DNA from: a virus
IMG/VR virus record: IMGVR_UViG_3300047469_000100
Span: 1-38,077 of that record
Length of the DNA: 38,077 nucleotides
Direction: 5' to 3' (one strand)
The notes beneath the pieces were generated by a model, which was not told where the DNA came from, ran no database searches, and saw only the letters and a program-made list of their open reading frames with translations. This document shows, piece after piece, positions 16,884-26,019 of this stretch (within the stretch, counting starts at the first letter, position 1; each line of letters begins with the position of its first letter). The position numbers were made by a program, and so were the translations under genes.

Positions 16884-19286
16884 CTAGCCGTTGTTGACAG
16901 TGAATTGACGGATCAGCGCGAGCACGTGCCACTTGTACGGCTGATCCTGAACGATCGTGATCTCGGATGAGTCGTCCCACCCGAAATCGGAAATGTCTTT
17001 GTCGCCCGTGAAAAGCAACGGCGGTTGGTCAAGCACGTCTTCGCCGAACTGACGGAAGGCGATCGGCTGACCGTTGACGACCGCGCGGGTCGAGTCGAGC
17101 ATGCGCAGAATGATCCTGCCGCTCCGCTGCTGATTGCCTTGCGACGTGCCAAGCCCGCCGGAGACATTCGGCGTCAGCGCAGTGATCTGCGATTCGTAGT
17201 GAAGGCCGACTTCGATGGACGTCGCATTGCGCGGCAGTGTGATCGTGCCGCCGGTGACGGTCATCGGCCCCATATAGACGCCATCAGCCTTCACATCGCA
17301 CGTCTTGCCTTCCAGCGATGCGAAGCCCGTCCAGATGTTGACCGGCGTGGCACTCGTGCCGATGATCGCCGCGTCCGTCATCACTTCAGGGTCGAACAGC
17401 TCGACGTATTGGACGGTCACGGAATTTACCGTGCGCTGCACCACCACGAAAACGAGGTCTGAATCATCACCAGGAATCACGCAGACTGACTTGTAAAGGC
17501 CGTCCGTGGTGTGGCGCGCGAAGCCGCAGACGTTGTCGTCGCGGTCGTACGTCATCGATACCAGCACGCCATCGCTGCGCACCATCCAGACGACCGGGTT
17601 CGGTTCGGCCTGGAATGCCATGTCCACGATGCCGGGGCCGGTGATGTGCGCGGCAAGGCGAGTCAGGTTCTGCGAGCGGAACGAATCGGTGTTGAAGTCG
17701 TACGCCATCGACCGGATTTTCTTACCAGCGCGCTGGGCGTATATAAGTTCGTTGGCCACGCGAACCGGGCGCGCGCTCGCGCAACCGAAGATCGACTGGC
17801 TGCGCACGTTGATATTCGTCGGCGTCACGCTGCTGGCGGCGCCGCCGTCGACCGTGAATTCTTCGCCCTGAGTCAGAACGGTCAGGATTTTCGACGAAGC
17901 CAGATGCTGGATTTCGTTGACCTGATCAGATGCCGCGGAATACGAGAACGCGTCGGCGTCGTCGGTGCCCGGCGTGAAATCGAAATACAGGCCCGTGCTG
18001 CTGCCCCAGATGGTTTCCGGGAAACTGGTTGAGCCGGCCGCATACAGCCTTTGCTGATAGAGGCTGACGGCGCGAGGATAACCGTCGACGCTGTTCCAGA
18101 CGTACGACTTCAGCGACCAGCTATTCGACGGCGCGGTGATGGTCGCGGTAAGTTCCTTGACAATTCGACCAAGCGCGGAAGAACCGTTCTGCACTTCGGT
18201 GATCTCGACGAGTCCACCGTTAATCGAAACGAAACTGCCGACGTCGGTCGGCCGCCACGCGTCACCGGCGCCGTATGCATACATCGTCCCGACCGTGCTG
18301 CCGGCCAGCAGGCTCCCATTGAAGGTGAACGTTATCGATGTGGGACTCGGCACCGTCGCAACCGCGTACGTGCCATCAAGACCAGCGGACTCAAAGCCCG
18401 AAAGAACGAACGTCTCGCCAACAATCAGACCGTGCGGATCGACCGTTGCGACGGTCATGGTCGTCCCCGTGAGCGACACAGTCGCCACCGCAATTGGAGG
18501 CCCATCAACGACAAGGCGGATGCCGCCATCAACCGGCGACTTGTTCGACGGCGTTACCGGCGCCATCGGTGACTGGTCAATCTTCCAACCATTAGGTGCC
18601 CAATCGGCTGAACTGAAAACAGACGTTACCGTGTAGTTGGCTTGCGTCGGGCTGGCTATGCCGGTGATCAGACCCATGCCCTGCGCGGTTACGATGTTGC
18701 GACCGACATCTGCGGGATGGAACACAGCGGCAGATGTCGACGCAACACCGGTCCCGGCGCCAGACGTCAAAGACAGATGCATCGTGGCTGGCGGCCGCGT
18801 GCCAATCTCGTCAATCGGCGCGGGATCGAAAGGTGCATCATCGATAGACCAGGCGGTCTGCAGGATGCGAACGAGGCGCTTCATCGGCGAAGCCGGATGC
18901 GCCATAAACATCGTGTCGCTTCCCTGCGCAAACTCGACTGAGAACACGTTGGCAGCGGTCCACGGCGATGAAACCTCGAGCGGAACGCCGGCGTTCACCA
19001 GTTGGCCGGTCGATGAAAAGAACCGCACGTAGGAATCGCCCAGCTCGAGTACGTACGCCTGCGACTTGTTGAACACGAACGGGATAAGCCGCGTCGTGCC
19101 GGTCGTCTTCGTGGGTGCCAGTAAGCGCGATCCGTCGCGGCGCTTAGCTCCGCCCGACACCTGCGGCACAACGTTCAATTCGACCTTCGCGCCGTTCTGA
19201 TAGCGGTCGAGGTCGATGTGTCCAGCCAGATCCGGCGACAACTCGCCAGCGTTGAAACTGGTCTGGATGAGCGTGAGCTTTGCCAT
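16884..19286 (-). CDS. Tail tubular protein B (T7 gp12-like, 800 aa)
   Basis: 800 aa compared with 794 aa in T7 gp12. It follows the gp11-like gene. The N-terminus is SFNAGELSPDLAGHIDLDRYQNGA. Confidence 0.7.
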   Translation of the reverse strand: MAKLTLIQTSFNAGELSPDLAGHIDLDRYQNGAKVELNVVPQVSGGAKRRDGSRLLAPTKTTGTTRLIPFVFNKSQAYVLELGDSYVRFFSSTGQLVNAGVPLEVSSPWTAANVFSVEFAQGSDTMFMAHPASPMKRLVRILQTAWSIDDAPFDPAPIDEIGTRPPATMHLSLTSGAGTGVASTSAAVFHPADVGRNIVTAQGMGLITGIASPTQANYTVTSVFSSADWAPNGWKIDQSPMAPVTPSNKSPVDGGIRLVVDGPPIAVATVSLTGTTMTVATVDPHGLIVGETFVLSGFESAGLDGTYAVATVPSPTSITFTFNGSLLAGSTVGTMYAYGAGDAWRPTDVGSFVSINGGLVEITEVQNGSSALGRIVKELTATITAPSNSWSLKSYVWNSVDGYPRAVSLYQQRLYAAGSTSFPETIWGSSTGLYFDFTPGTDDADAFSYSAASDQVNEIQHLASSKILTVLTQGEEFTVDGGAASSVTPTNINVRSQSIFGCASARPVRVANELIYAQRAGKKIRSMAYDFNTDSFRSQNLTRLAAHITGPGIVDMAFQAEPNPVVWMVRSDGVLVSMTYDRDDNVCGFARHTTDGLYKSVCVIPGDDSDLVFVVVQRTVNSVTVQYVELFDPEVMTDAAIIGTSATPVNIWTGFASLEGKTCDVKADGVYMGPMTVTGGTITLPRNATSIEVGLHYESQITALTPNVSGGLGTSQGNQQRSGRIILRMLDSTRAVVNGQPIAFRQFGEDVLDQPPLLFTGDKDISDFGWDDSSEITIVQDQPYKWHVLALIRQFTVNNG

Positions 19287-19289
19287 GGC

Positions 19290-19880
19290 TTAACGGCCCG
19301 GCGCGCGGCTATAGCTGGACATGCGCCCGGCGATCAGCGGAAAGTCGCCGAGCGTTTCCTCGTCGTCATCCTGACCATTGACGGCTTTCGCCTGCTTGAA
19401 TGTATTGATGAACTGGGCCTGCATCGATTGCTGCATCGACGCGCTCTGCGTGATCGGATACGCGAGCGCGGCAGTCATTGCTGCGGTGACGACGTCGACC
19501 AGCGCCGGGTCCCACGACTGTTCGTTCGTGTTGCGGTAGATGTAGACGAACTGCAGCGCCGTCACATTCGCGAGGATGCGCTGGCCTTCGATGGTGTACT
19601 TCAGTGGGCAGCCAAGCTGGCCGATCTGAATCGAGCGAAGCCAGTCGTCCGGAAGCTGGAACTGGTAGAGATAGTCAAACGCCGGCGCATCAGTCAGCGG
19701 TGCGAGCACGACGCGCTTGGTCGCGCAGTTCCACGGATGCGAGCGCAGAATGGCGTCGCGGGTTTCTGGATAGAGGTTCGAGCAGGCCGTGGCGCGCTTC
19801 GATGGGTCCGTGAACGACGAAATCGGCGAATCGCCGAGTCGGATCAATGCATTCGAACAGATCGATACGCTGCTGGTCAT
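19290..19880 (-). CDS. Tail tubular protein A (T7 gp11-like, 196 aa)
   Basis: The length is identical to T7 gp11 (196 aa). The ICSNALIRLGDSPISSF...HPWNCATKR...FQLPDDWLR pattern is typical of the gp11 family. Confidence 0.7.
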   Translation of the reverse strand: MTSSVSICSNALIRLGDSPISSFTDPSKRATACSNLYPETRDAILRSHPWNCATKRVVLAPLTDAPAFDYLYQFQLPDDWLRSIQIGQLGCPLKYTIEGQRILANVTALQFVYIYRNTNEQSWDPALVDVVTAAMTAALAYPITQSASMQQSMQAQFINTFKQAKAVNGQDDDEETLGDFPLIAGRMSSYSRAPGR

Positions 19881-19890
19881 CGCCTCGCCT

Positions 19891-19925
19891 CAAACAAAAA
19901 TGCCGGGAGCGCGAACTCCCGGCAT
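19891..19925 (-). terminator. Rho-independent terminator after the capsid and decoration genes
   Basis: The minus-strand RNA is AUGCCGGGAG-UUCGCG-CUCCCGGCAU followed by UUUUGUUUG. The stem is a perfect 10 bp. Confidence 0.8.
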
Positions 19926-19957
19926 GACCTCAAACACCTAGCCGGGCAATTCGCCCG

Positions 19958-20419
19958 TTAGTCGATCACGTAGTCAACGGTCACCGAGATCGCCTGACCG
20001 GGACTCACCGGCGTCACTGCGCCGGCGATCGTGCCGTACACGTCCACTTCCTGCTGCGTCACGTACGACAGGCCGTTCTTCGTCAGATTGCCCGTGGCGA
20101 TCGTGTCGGTTTTCTGCGCCGAAGCGATCGACGTCGCAGCAGCCAAGCCGGCCGCATCAATGACGGTTTTGTCGGACGCCTTGCGAAGGCCGAGCGCGAG
20201 CGTCGAACTTGCCGTCCCTGCTGCGGTGTTCAGCCAGCAACCGGTAATGCGCGCGCCGGTCGGAATGCGACCGAAGTAGATCGTGTCGCCGATCTGGCCG
20301 GAGATCGAAGTGATCGTGCCGAACATGATCCGCGAACGGCCATTGCGCTCGTTCGGTTGAAGCTTGGACGGCGGGCTAGAGAGAACTTTCGCCATCTGTA
20401 CCGAGTTTGCTTCTGCCAT
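19958..20419 (-). CDS. Putative capsid decoration/cement protein (153 aa)
   Basis: It lies directly after the major capsid gene and inside the same terminator-bracketed unit. The sequence is beta-rich. The call is by position, analogous to BPP-1-like phages. Confidence 0.4.
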   Translation of the reverse strand: MAEANSVQMAKVLSSPPSKLQPNERNGRSRIMFGTITSISGQIGDTIYFGRIPTGARITGCWLNTAAGTASSTLALGLRKASDKTVIDAAGLAAATSIASAQKTDTIATGNLTKNGLSYVTQQEVDVYGTIAGAVTPVSPGQAISVTVDYVID

Positions 20420-20454
20420 GATGTGTGCTCCTGAATCTGGTGTTTAGACGGACA

Positions 20455-20480
20455 GGGGAAGCGGTATTACGCCGCTCCCC
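20455..20480 (-). other. Imperfect stem-loop between the capsid and decoration genes
   Basis: ggggaagcgg-tattac-gccgctcccc forms a 9-10 bp stem with one bulge. There is no U-tract. Confidence 0.4.
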
Positions 20481-20489
20481 ACATCACGA

Positions 20490-21380
20490 TCAGAACTGGT
20501 AGTCGATGGTGACGACCTTGTTTTCCTGGATTCGGCCAGCGCCGTACGACTCCTGGATATAGATCTGCGTCGCGTTCTTCTTGTCGCGGCGCGGGCCGAT
20601 GTCGACAACACGGTTCATACCCGTGCCGAACTGGATGCCGGTCTTCGTGTACGCAACCGTGGTCTTCACCGTGCTGACGGTCTTCAGGGCTTCGTACGGA
20701 ATCCAGTTGAAACCGAGCCACTTGCCGGACAGCTTGCCGTCCTGCAGCATCTGCACGGCCATGAAGTCAGCCGACGTCAGCGTGGTGTCGCTCAGGATGT
20801 CCTCGAGCATTTCGGCGTCGTACAGCATGTACAGTTCTTCGCCGTTCTGTTCGTCTGCCTCGGCCTTGCGGAACAGCTTCTTGGCCGTGATCAGCTTGGC
20901 CTTCGTCATGCCGGTGCCACCGTCGACGATCTTCTGCGAGGAAGGCAGCGCGACCGTGCCGTAAGGCGTCGCTTCAGCCGCACGCGTGATCGAAGCAGCC
21001 AGCGCCGCGTTGTAGATCACAGCGTCCTTCGCGCGGTTCATCGCGGCCACGCCGTTCTGCGTGTAGGTGCCGCCCGGGTTCGCCTTGAGCTTCGGCACGT
21101 CGAACGTGTCGACCGGCGTTGCCCAGTCCCAGTCGCCCATCATGATCACGCGCGTATCATTCGCGTTGTCCGACCATTCGGTGTCGCCGAGACGGCTGGT
21201 CACCTGGTTGGCCTGGGTCGCGGCGATGTTGTTCGCGGTGAATGAAGTGCCGGTCACGCCACCAACATCGGTGACGGTCGATTGAAGTCGCGACTCTTTC
21301 TGCTGCGCGACCATCATGTACGTGTCCGCAAACTGCTGGACAAATGCGGCGGTGATGCTGTCGTTGACTGCCGTGTTCAT
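20490..21380 (-). CDS. Major capsid protein (296 aa)
   Basis: It has the highest GC3 in the window and follows the scaffold gene. I chose the start at 21380 (MNTAVNDSITAAF) because GGGAG lies 8 nt upstream. The 26 extra codons of the tracked ORF have no SD. Confidence 0.75.
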   Translation of the reverse strand: MNTAVNDSITAAFVQQFADTYMMVAQQKESRLQSTVTDVGGVTGTSFTANNIAATQANQVTSRLGDTEWSDNANDTRVIMMGDWDWATPVDTFDVPKLKANPGGTYTQNGVAAMNRAKDAVIYNAALAASITRAAEATPYGTVALPSSQKIVDGGTGMTKAKLITAKKLFRKAEADEQNGEELYMLYDAEMLEDILSDTTLTSADFMAVQMLQDGKLSGKWLGFNWIPYEALKTVSTVKTTVAYTKTGIQFGTGMNRVVDIGPRRDKKNATQIYIQESYGAGRIQENKVVTIDYQF

Positions 21381-21540
21381 GGAATGGCTCCCAAAAGGTT
21401 CGATGTGTTCTTGTCGCCTTCCAGGGTGTCCGTTACCGGGCCTGTAGTACGGCATCACGTCGGCGAACGCGATGCATCGGGCTTGTCGGGTGTCCGCACG
21501 CCACTGCGGGCCGAATGAGCACGATGTTCTTGCAGGTGAG

Positions 21541-21561
21541 CGGTCGGAATCCCGACCAATT
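21541..21561 (-). promoter_or_regulatory. Copy A of a 21-nt dyad element (minus strand AATTGGTCGGGATTCCGACCG)
   Basis: It is an exact 21/21 match to 25486-25506. It contains a GGTCGG-gatt-CCGACC dyad and lies between a terminator and the capsid gene. Confidence 0.6.
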
Positions 21562-21571
21562 GAGCGTTAAC

Positions 21572-21595
21572 AAAAAAGCCCCGCCGAAGCGGGGC
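21572..21595 (-). terminator. Rho-independent terminator between the scaffold and capsid genes
   Basis: The minus-strand RNA is GCCCCGC-UUCG-GCGGGGC followed by UUUUUUG. Confidence 0.8.
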
Positions 21596-21621
21596 AAACG
21601 GGGGTGCAGCGAGGAGACTTG

Positions 21622-22548
21622 TTATGCGACCGGCGTGTTTCCGTACTTGCGTGCGTAGTACGCATCGACGCGAGCGCGGGTCGCTTTGTGATCTGCGTGC
21701 TTCGGATTGGTGTTCGCTTCCGAGACCAGCAGCTTTTGAATGTCGGCCTCACTCGAAAATCCGGTCGTCTGCCCGCCAGTCACTGGAACGTCTTCGCCAA
21801 ACTCAGGACCGATCGCGGCCATGATCTTGATGAACGTCGGATTGTTGGCGAGCCCGGCCTTTTCCAGATCGTCGAACGACATGCCGGCTGCTTTCGCGAC
21901 TGCGTCACCAGCGCGATACGCCAACTGGACATTCTTGTTGAACGTGCCTTCGTCGGTCCACGTCTTGCGTAGATCTGCTGTTGCGGCTTCGGTGTTGTGC
22001 GCGACGCCACCGGCGACGAGCTGCGGCACCAGTTCGAAATAGCGCGACATCACGCCGTCGAACTGCTTCTGCGACAGGCCCAAGCCGTGCATGTCCGTGC
22101 GGAACTGCTTGAACATGTCGTCGCTGCTCAGGTCGCCCATCGCTTCCTTCAGCGTGTCGGGCACCGCGACGGCGTATTCCTCGGCAGACTTCGGCGCGGC
22201 GCCGCCATCGCCGAAACGCTTCGACAGTTCGCCATAGCCGCCGGCCAGCTTCTGAGCCGATGCAGCGACGTCAACAGCGCCGTCCGCGCCGTTCACTCGA
22301 TACTTTTCGGGGATCCAGTCAAAATTCGCACCGCTTCCTGACGGGTCAGCGGCTGCAGCACCGGCTGCGAGGGCCGATCCTGCGCCAGCAGCAGCGCCTG
22401 CAGCCGGGTCCACGCCTCCCGCTCCCGTTGCCGAGCCTCCTGCGCCAGCCGCGCCAGTTGCGCCTCCGGCGACGACTCCGCCACCGCCAGCACCACCTTC
22501 ACCGCTTTGCGAATCCATGAGCGCATAGCGCCTCCAGAACCATTTCAT
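21622..22548 (-). CDS. Scaffolding protein (308 aa; T7 gp9 is 307 aa)
   Basis: It lies between portal and capsid. It has an Ala/Gly-rich N-terminal third and a helical remainder. GAGGA lies 6 nt upstream of the ATG. Confidence 0.6.
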   Translation of the reverse strand: MKWFWRRYALMDSQSGEGGAGGGGVVAGGATGAAGAGGSATGAGGVDPAAGAAAGAGSALAAGAAAADPSGSGANFDWIPEKYRVNGADGAVDVAASAQKLAGGYGELSKRFGDGGAAPKSAEEYAVAVPDTLKEAMGDLSSDDMFKQFRTDMHGLGLSQKQFDGVMSRYFELVPQLVAGGVAHNTEAATADLRKTWTDEGTFNKNVQLAYRAGDAVAKAAGMSFDDLEKAGLANNPTFIKIMAAIGPEFGEDVPVTGGQTTGFSSEADIQKLLVSEANTNPKHADHKATRARVDAYYARKYGNTPVA

Positions 22549-22574
22549 TTTTTATCCTCGCTACTGTTGTGAAA

Positions 22575-22781
22575 TCAGTACGACGTGCCAGCCGACCACG
22601 TGCCGGCAACGTTCTCGTACAGCTTGCGCGCCACAACGTCGATGGCCAGATCGCCAGGCGCGCCGATCTCGGCAACGGGCTGACCGATCACTGACGGAAT
22701 CGAGATCGTTTTCGCGAAACGCGTGTCGGGTGTCGGGTTGGCGGTCCAGCCGGATCCGCCCAGTGTCGAAGTGCCTGCCAT
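22575..22781 (-). CDS. Hypothetical 68-aa protein
   Basis: I chose the start at 22781 because AAGGAGAG-TGA-c-ATG couples it to the upstream stop. Confidence 0.5.
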   Translation of the reverse strand: MAGTSTLGGSGWTANPTPDTRFAKTISIPSVIGQPVAEIGAPGDLAIDVVARKLYENVAGTWSAGTSY

Positions 22782-22782
22782 G

Positions 22783-23037
22783 TCACTCTCCTTCTTCGGG
22801 TTGCTCAGCGCCATTGGCGCGGTTGATTTGCGTCAAAATGTGCTCGATCACCGCGCGGCGACCTGAACGAAAATCGGTTTCGCGCTGCGCTTCGAGGCCG
22901 CCACGAACGTACGTCGATCCGGCGAACCGGTTGACTAGATCCTCAAGCACCAGCTGGCCGGCCTTCGATTCGAACAGATGCGCATACTCGCTGGCTGTCG
23001 CAACGGGCGCTTGGGCGCCTGGGATGTTCGCCTTCAT
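22783..23037 (-). CDS. Hypothetical 84-aa protein between portal and scaffold (possibly Bbp19-like)
   Basis: It overlaps the portal stop by 4 nt. The family resemblance comes from memory only. Confidence 0.5.
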   Translation of the reverse strand: MKANIPGAQAPVATASEYAHLFESKAGQLVLEDLVNRFAGSTYVRGGLEAQRETDFRSGRRAVIEHILTQINRANGAEQPEEGE

Positions 23038-24656
23038 TGCTGAGCCACCATTCGGTTAGCCGCAGCAGATCCGGCTGACTTCAACACGTCGCCCGTCACA
23101 TCCATGCCGAGTTGCTGCTGCTGAGCCTGCGCGGCTGCAGCCTGCTTCTTCTGGCGGAACTGCGCAACCTGGTCGGACGGACGCATGATCGAGTCAGGCA
23201 CACCGAGACCCTTCGCGGTTTGGCGCGCGGCCTCGTCCGTGTCGACGTTATCCATCACGCTCGGATCTACCTGAGCGATCACGGACACGTCGCCCATGAA
23301 TCGCTCGATTGCCGTGACTTCCTCGAGCTTCTGCGCGCGCGCGAGCGGCGATTGATACTGAACGGAAAAGTTTCGACCGCCCAGCGAGTCGGGCGGCGGC
23401 TCAAATACGCCTGCGCGATACGCCAGACCGAAGCAGCGCGTGATCAGCGGTTGCAGGTATTCAGCCTGCAAGCGGCCATAGATCGGCCCGAGCAACTGGC
23501 GAATCAGGTCGACACGAACGTGCACTTCGGTCGCGGTCATCGCCGGGCCGTCCTGCGGCTGCAACTGGTCAGCCATCAGCGTGCGGCGGATGTTGCCCTG
23601 CAGCTTGTCCTTCTCGGTGAACGCGACATTGAAGTTCGCCGCGGGCTGCAGCGGCTTCATGCTTTCCACCGAGTTCGCAACGATGATCTTGCGCGGGCCC
23701 ACCTTGACCGTGCGCGGATTCAGCACGCCGTCGTCTTCGGCGATCCACATGCCAGAAACGGCCATGTCAAGGTTCGCGTACTCCAGCTTGACGATGTCAT
23801 TCAGCGTGCGGATGTCCGGAAGTGCGTCGAGCACCGGGCCGACGCCGTAGCAGCTATTCGGGATCTTCTTCCAACGAGCGACCACGACGGGCATTTCGTG
23901 ATAGCCAGACTCACGAACTGTCGCTTTCACGTCGCAGCACAGCGTTACCGAAGCGATCGGGAGATTCTTCGAGCGAACGGCACCGACGACGGAGACGCCG
24001 CGCGGATAGATGCAATGGCAGAATTCGAACTGCTGGTCAGGCATCGTCTCCGCAGCATCGGTGATCTTCTTCGGCAGCGTGTCGCCGCGCTTGCTGAATT
24101 CGGTGACGGCCTGCTCGGCGGTGAGCTTATACGGGCGAAACACAGTGTCGATACGACCGCCGGGACGCGACGACGCCACGTAGACGCCAGCCATCGGCCA
24201 GTGTTCGAAATATAGTCCACCGTTGTCACGGTCCTCGTCGATGTACAGAGCAAACCAGCCAGCGCCCATGCAATCGTCGATGCAATCCGAGGCTTCCGAA
24301 TCGAAATTGGCATTGTGGATGTTCTCCCACAGCAGCTCGCTTGCGTCGTCGAGCCACCGCGTTCCCTCGTCGTCCTCGCCATTCACGCGCATCTTGAACC
24401 ACAACGAGTTCGCCGGCGTCATGCCGGACATGATCGAAGCGTTCAACACGCGCTTCGCATCGCTCGCGGTCGAGTCGAAGATCAGCGAGACGGCGCGCGC
24501 GATCTCGTTCGCGTCCATCACCGGGCCTTGCAGGCCAGACGCGCGAATCGGATCGGTGAGCATGAAGCAGTCGCGCCACACCAGTTCGTGCACGGTGCGC
24601 GCGGACTTCAGGGCTTCGAGCCGCTTGTAGAGGGAGTCGCCGAGGCTGTAGGGCAT
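23034..24656 (-). CDS. Portal (head-to-tail connector, T7 gp8-like; 540 aa against 536 aa)
   Basis: Size and position match. The N-terminal LEALKSARTVHELVWRDCFMLTDP and FDSTASDAKRVLNASIMSGMTPANSLWF segments fit the T7 connector family pattern. Confidence 0.8.
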   Translation of the reverse strand: MPYSLGDSLYKRLEALKSARTVHELVWRDCFMLTDPIRASGLQGPVMDANEIARAVSLIFDSTASDAKRVLNASIMSGMTPANSLWFKMRVNGEDDEGTRWLDDASELLWENIHNANFDSEASDCIDDCMGAGWFALYIDEDRDNGGLYFEHWPMAGVYVASSRPGGRIDTVFRPYKLTAEQAVTEFSKRGDTLPKKITDAAETMPDQQFEFCHCIYPRGVSVVGAVRSKNLPIASVTLCCDVKATVRESGYHEMPVVVARWKKIPNSCYGVGPVLDALPDIRTLNDIVKLEYANLDMAVSGMWIAEDDGVLNPRTVKVGPRKIIVANSVESMKPLQPAANFNVAFTEKDKLQGNIRRTLMADQLQPQDGPAMTATEVHVRVDLIRQLLGPIYGRLQAEYLQPLITRCFGLAYRAGVFEPPPDSLGGRNFSVQYQSPLARAQKLEEVTAIERFMGDVSVIAQVDPSVMDNVDTDEAARQTAKGLGVPDSIMRPSDQVAQFRQKKQAAAAQAQQQQLGMDVTGDVLKSAGSAAANRMVAQQ

Positions 24657-24659
24657 GAG

Positions 24660-24935
24660 TTATTGGCCGAGTGTCGACTTACCCTGCGCCATCACAGACG
24701 AACTGGTCGCAGCACCAGCGCCGCCCAGACCCGCGCCAGTCGACAGCAGACTGGCAGAGGCGCGCTTCTTCTTGTCGGCGGCAGCCTGCGCATTGGCAGA
24801 CTGAGCAGCCTGAGCGTCAGCCGCGTCAGCCGCGCTTGTCGCCGTGGTTGACGTGGTGGTCGGCGCCGCTGCCGGCGTGTCTTTCGTCCACAGGCCGCCC
24901 GGGTCGAGGAACTTCGAAAAGCTGAAATTGCCCAT
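24660..24935 (-). CDS. Hypothetical 91-aa protein
   Basis: I chose the internal start MGNFSFSKF at 24935 because GAGG lies 6 nt upstream. The upstream part of the 184-aa ORF overlaps the next gene. Confidence 0.5.
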   Translation of the reverse strand: MGNFSFSKFLDPGGLWTKDTPAAAPTTTSTTATSAADAADAQAAQSANAQAAADKKKRASASLLSTGAGLGGAGAATSSSVMAQGKSTLGQ

Positions 24936-24942
24936 GGTCGCC

Positions 24943-25440
24943 TCAGCGGAAGTTCTGCGGGAGTTGCTTCTGGATCGTCGGCACCAGCCAGCCATCTGCA
25001 CACAACTTCGGCGCGGCCAGCGTGGCGGGATCGATTTCGCTCGAATGCGGGAGGGTTGGCTTGGCGGCCGCCGCACCATCAGGGGCAGGCGCTGCCTCGC
25101 GAGCGGCGCGGCGGGCCGCAACAGCAGCCGCAGCCTGCTCGCGCGCTTTATCCTGATCCGGCATGTCGCCAGCATTGCGGAACATCGTTCCGAATTCTTT
25201 GCGCTTGCCGGCAATCAGATCGTCGCGCTTCGTCGGCTCAGCCGCGTTCCATTCCTCAGCGGACAGGCCGCTGGTCTCAAACGCGCCCTCGACAATGTCG
25301 TTGATCGGCACATCACGCCCGGAAATCTGCATGACCGCGTCGTCGCTGCCAATGCCAGCCAGAACTACCGACGCCGTCGCGCCAACAGCCGGTGCCGTGC
25401 TCGGCATGCCAGGCTGCTGCGTCTTGTACTCTCTTGCCAT
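24943..25440 (-). CDS. Hypothetical 165-aa protein, first gene of the late block
   Basis: I chose the start at 25440 (MAREYKTQQ) because GGAGGTG lies 6 nt upstream. Confidence 0.55.
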   Translation of the reverse strand: MAREYKTQQPGMPSTAPAVGATASVVLAGIGSDDAVMQISGRDVPINDIVEGAFETSGLSAEEWNAAEPTKRDDLIAGKRKEFGTMFRNAGDMPDQDKAREQAAAAVAARRAAREAAPAPDGAAAAKPTLPHSSEIDPATLAAPKLCADGWLVPTIQKQLPQNFR

Positions 25441-25485
25441 CGCTCGCACCTCCATCCATGGTGCGGCGAGTATTTAGCCCCACGC

Positions 25486-25506
25486 CGGTCGGAATCCCGA
25501 CCAATT
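25486..25506 (-). promoter_or_regulatory. Copy B of the 21-nt dyad element
   Basis: It is identical to 21541-21561. It begins at the stop codon of the HTH gene and lies 46 nt upstream of the first late gene. Confidence 0.6.
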
Positions 25507-25775
25507 CACATCCGCCGGTATTCCGCCGCGCTCGGCGGCGGCGTCCATGTCGGCGCGCTCTCAGCGTCTTTGCCAGTCACCTGCACCCAGAATCGCAGAA
25601 GCGTCTCGCCACTCGAGTGGCGCGGCTCGGCCCCAAGGTTTCGATAACCCAAAAGCGTGGCCTTCGGGATCTGCGTGTATTCCGCTATCTCGCGAAACGA
25701 CCAGCCCGCCCCTCGCACCTCGTGAAGAATGCGCGACCAGTCGACCATCGGTACAGGGGCGAGTTGTTTCGTCAT
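25506..25775 (-). CDS. Small HTH DNA-binding protein (89 aa), candidate late regulator
   Basis: GWSFREIAEYTQIPKATLLGYRN is an HTH-like segment. The position is last before the late block. Confidence 0.5.
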   Translation of the reverse strand: MTKQLAPVPMVDWSRILHEVRGAGWSFREIAEYTQIPKATLLGYRNLGAEPRHSSGETLLRFWVQVTGKDAESAPTWTPPPSAAEYRRM

Positions 25776-25779
25776 AAGC

Positions 25780-26019
25780 TCAGGCGGCGTCCTTCACGCG
25801 AATGGATGACCAGTTGTTGAAAGATGCGACTTCCACTCCGGCGGCGACTACGGTCAGATGGTTGCCATCGATGTAGTACTTCTCGCCTTGCACCTCCACT
25901 TCGTCGCCAACGTACGGCTGAACGACGTACGTCACCTTTTCGCGCGCGGGCGAGGCGGACGGGCGAAGGCCACGGTTCTGCACAGAGTCGGCGCTGCACC
26001 CGGGGTTGTATGAGGCCAT
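25780..26019 (-). CDS. Hypothetical 79-aa protein
   Basis: An ORF whose ATG overlaps the upstream gene's stop by 1 nt. Confidence 0.5.
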   Translation of the reverse strand: MASYNPGCSADSVQNRGLRPSASPAREKVTYVVQPYVGDEVEVQGEKYYIDGNHLTVVAAGVEVASFNNWSSIRVKDAA

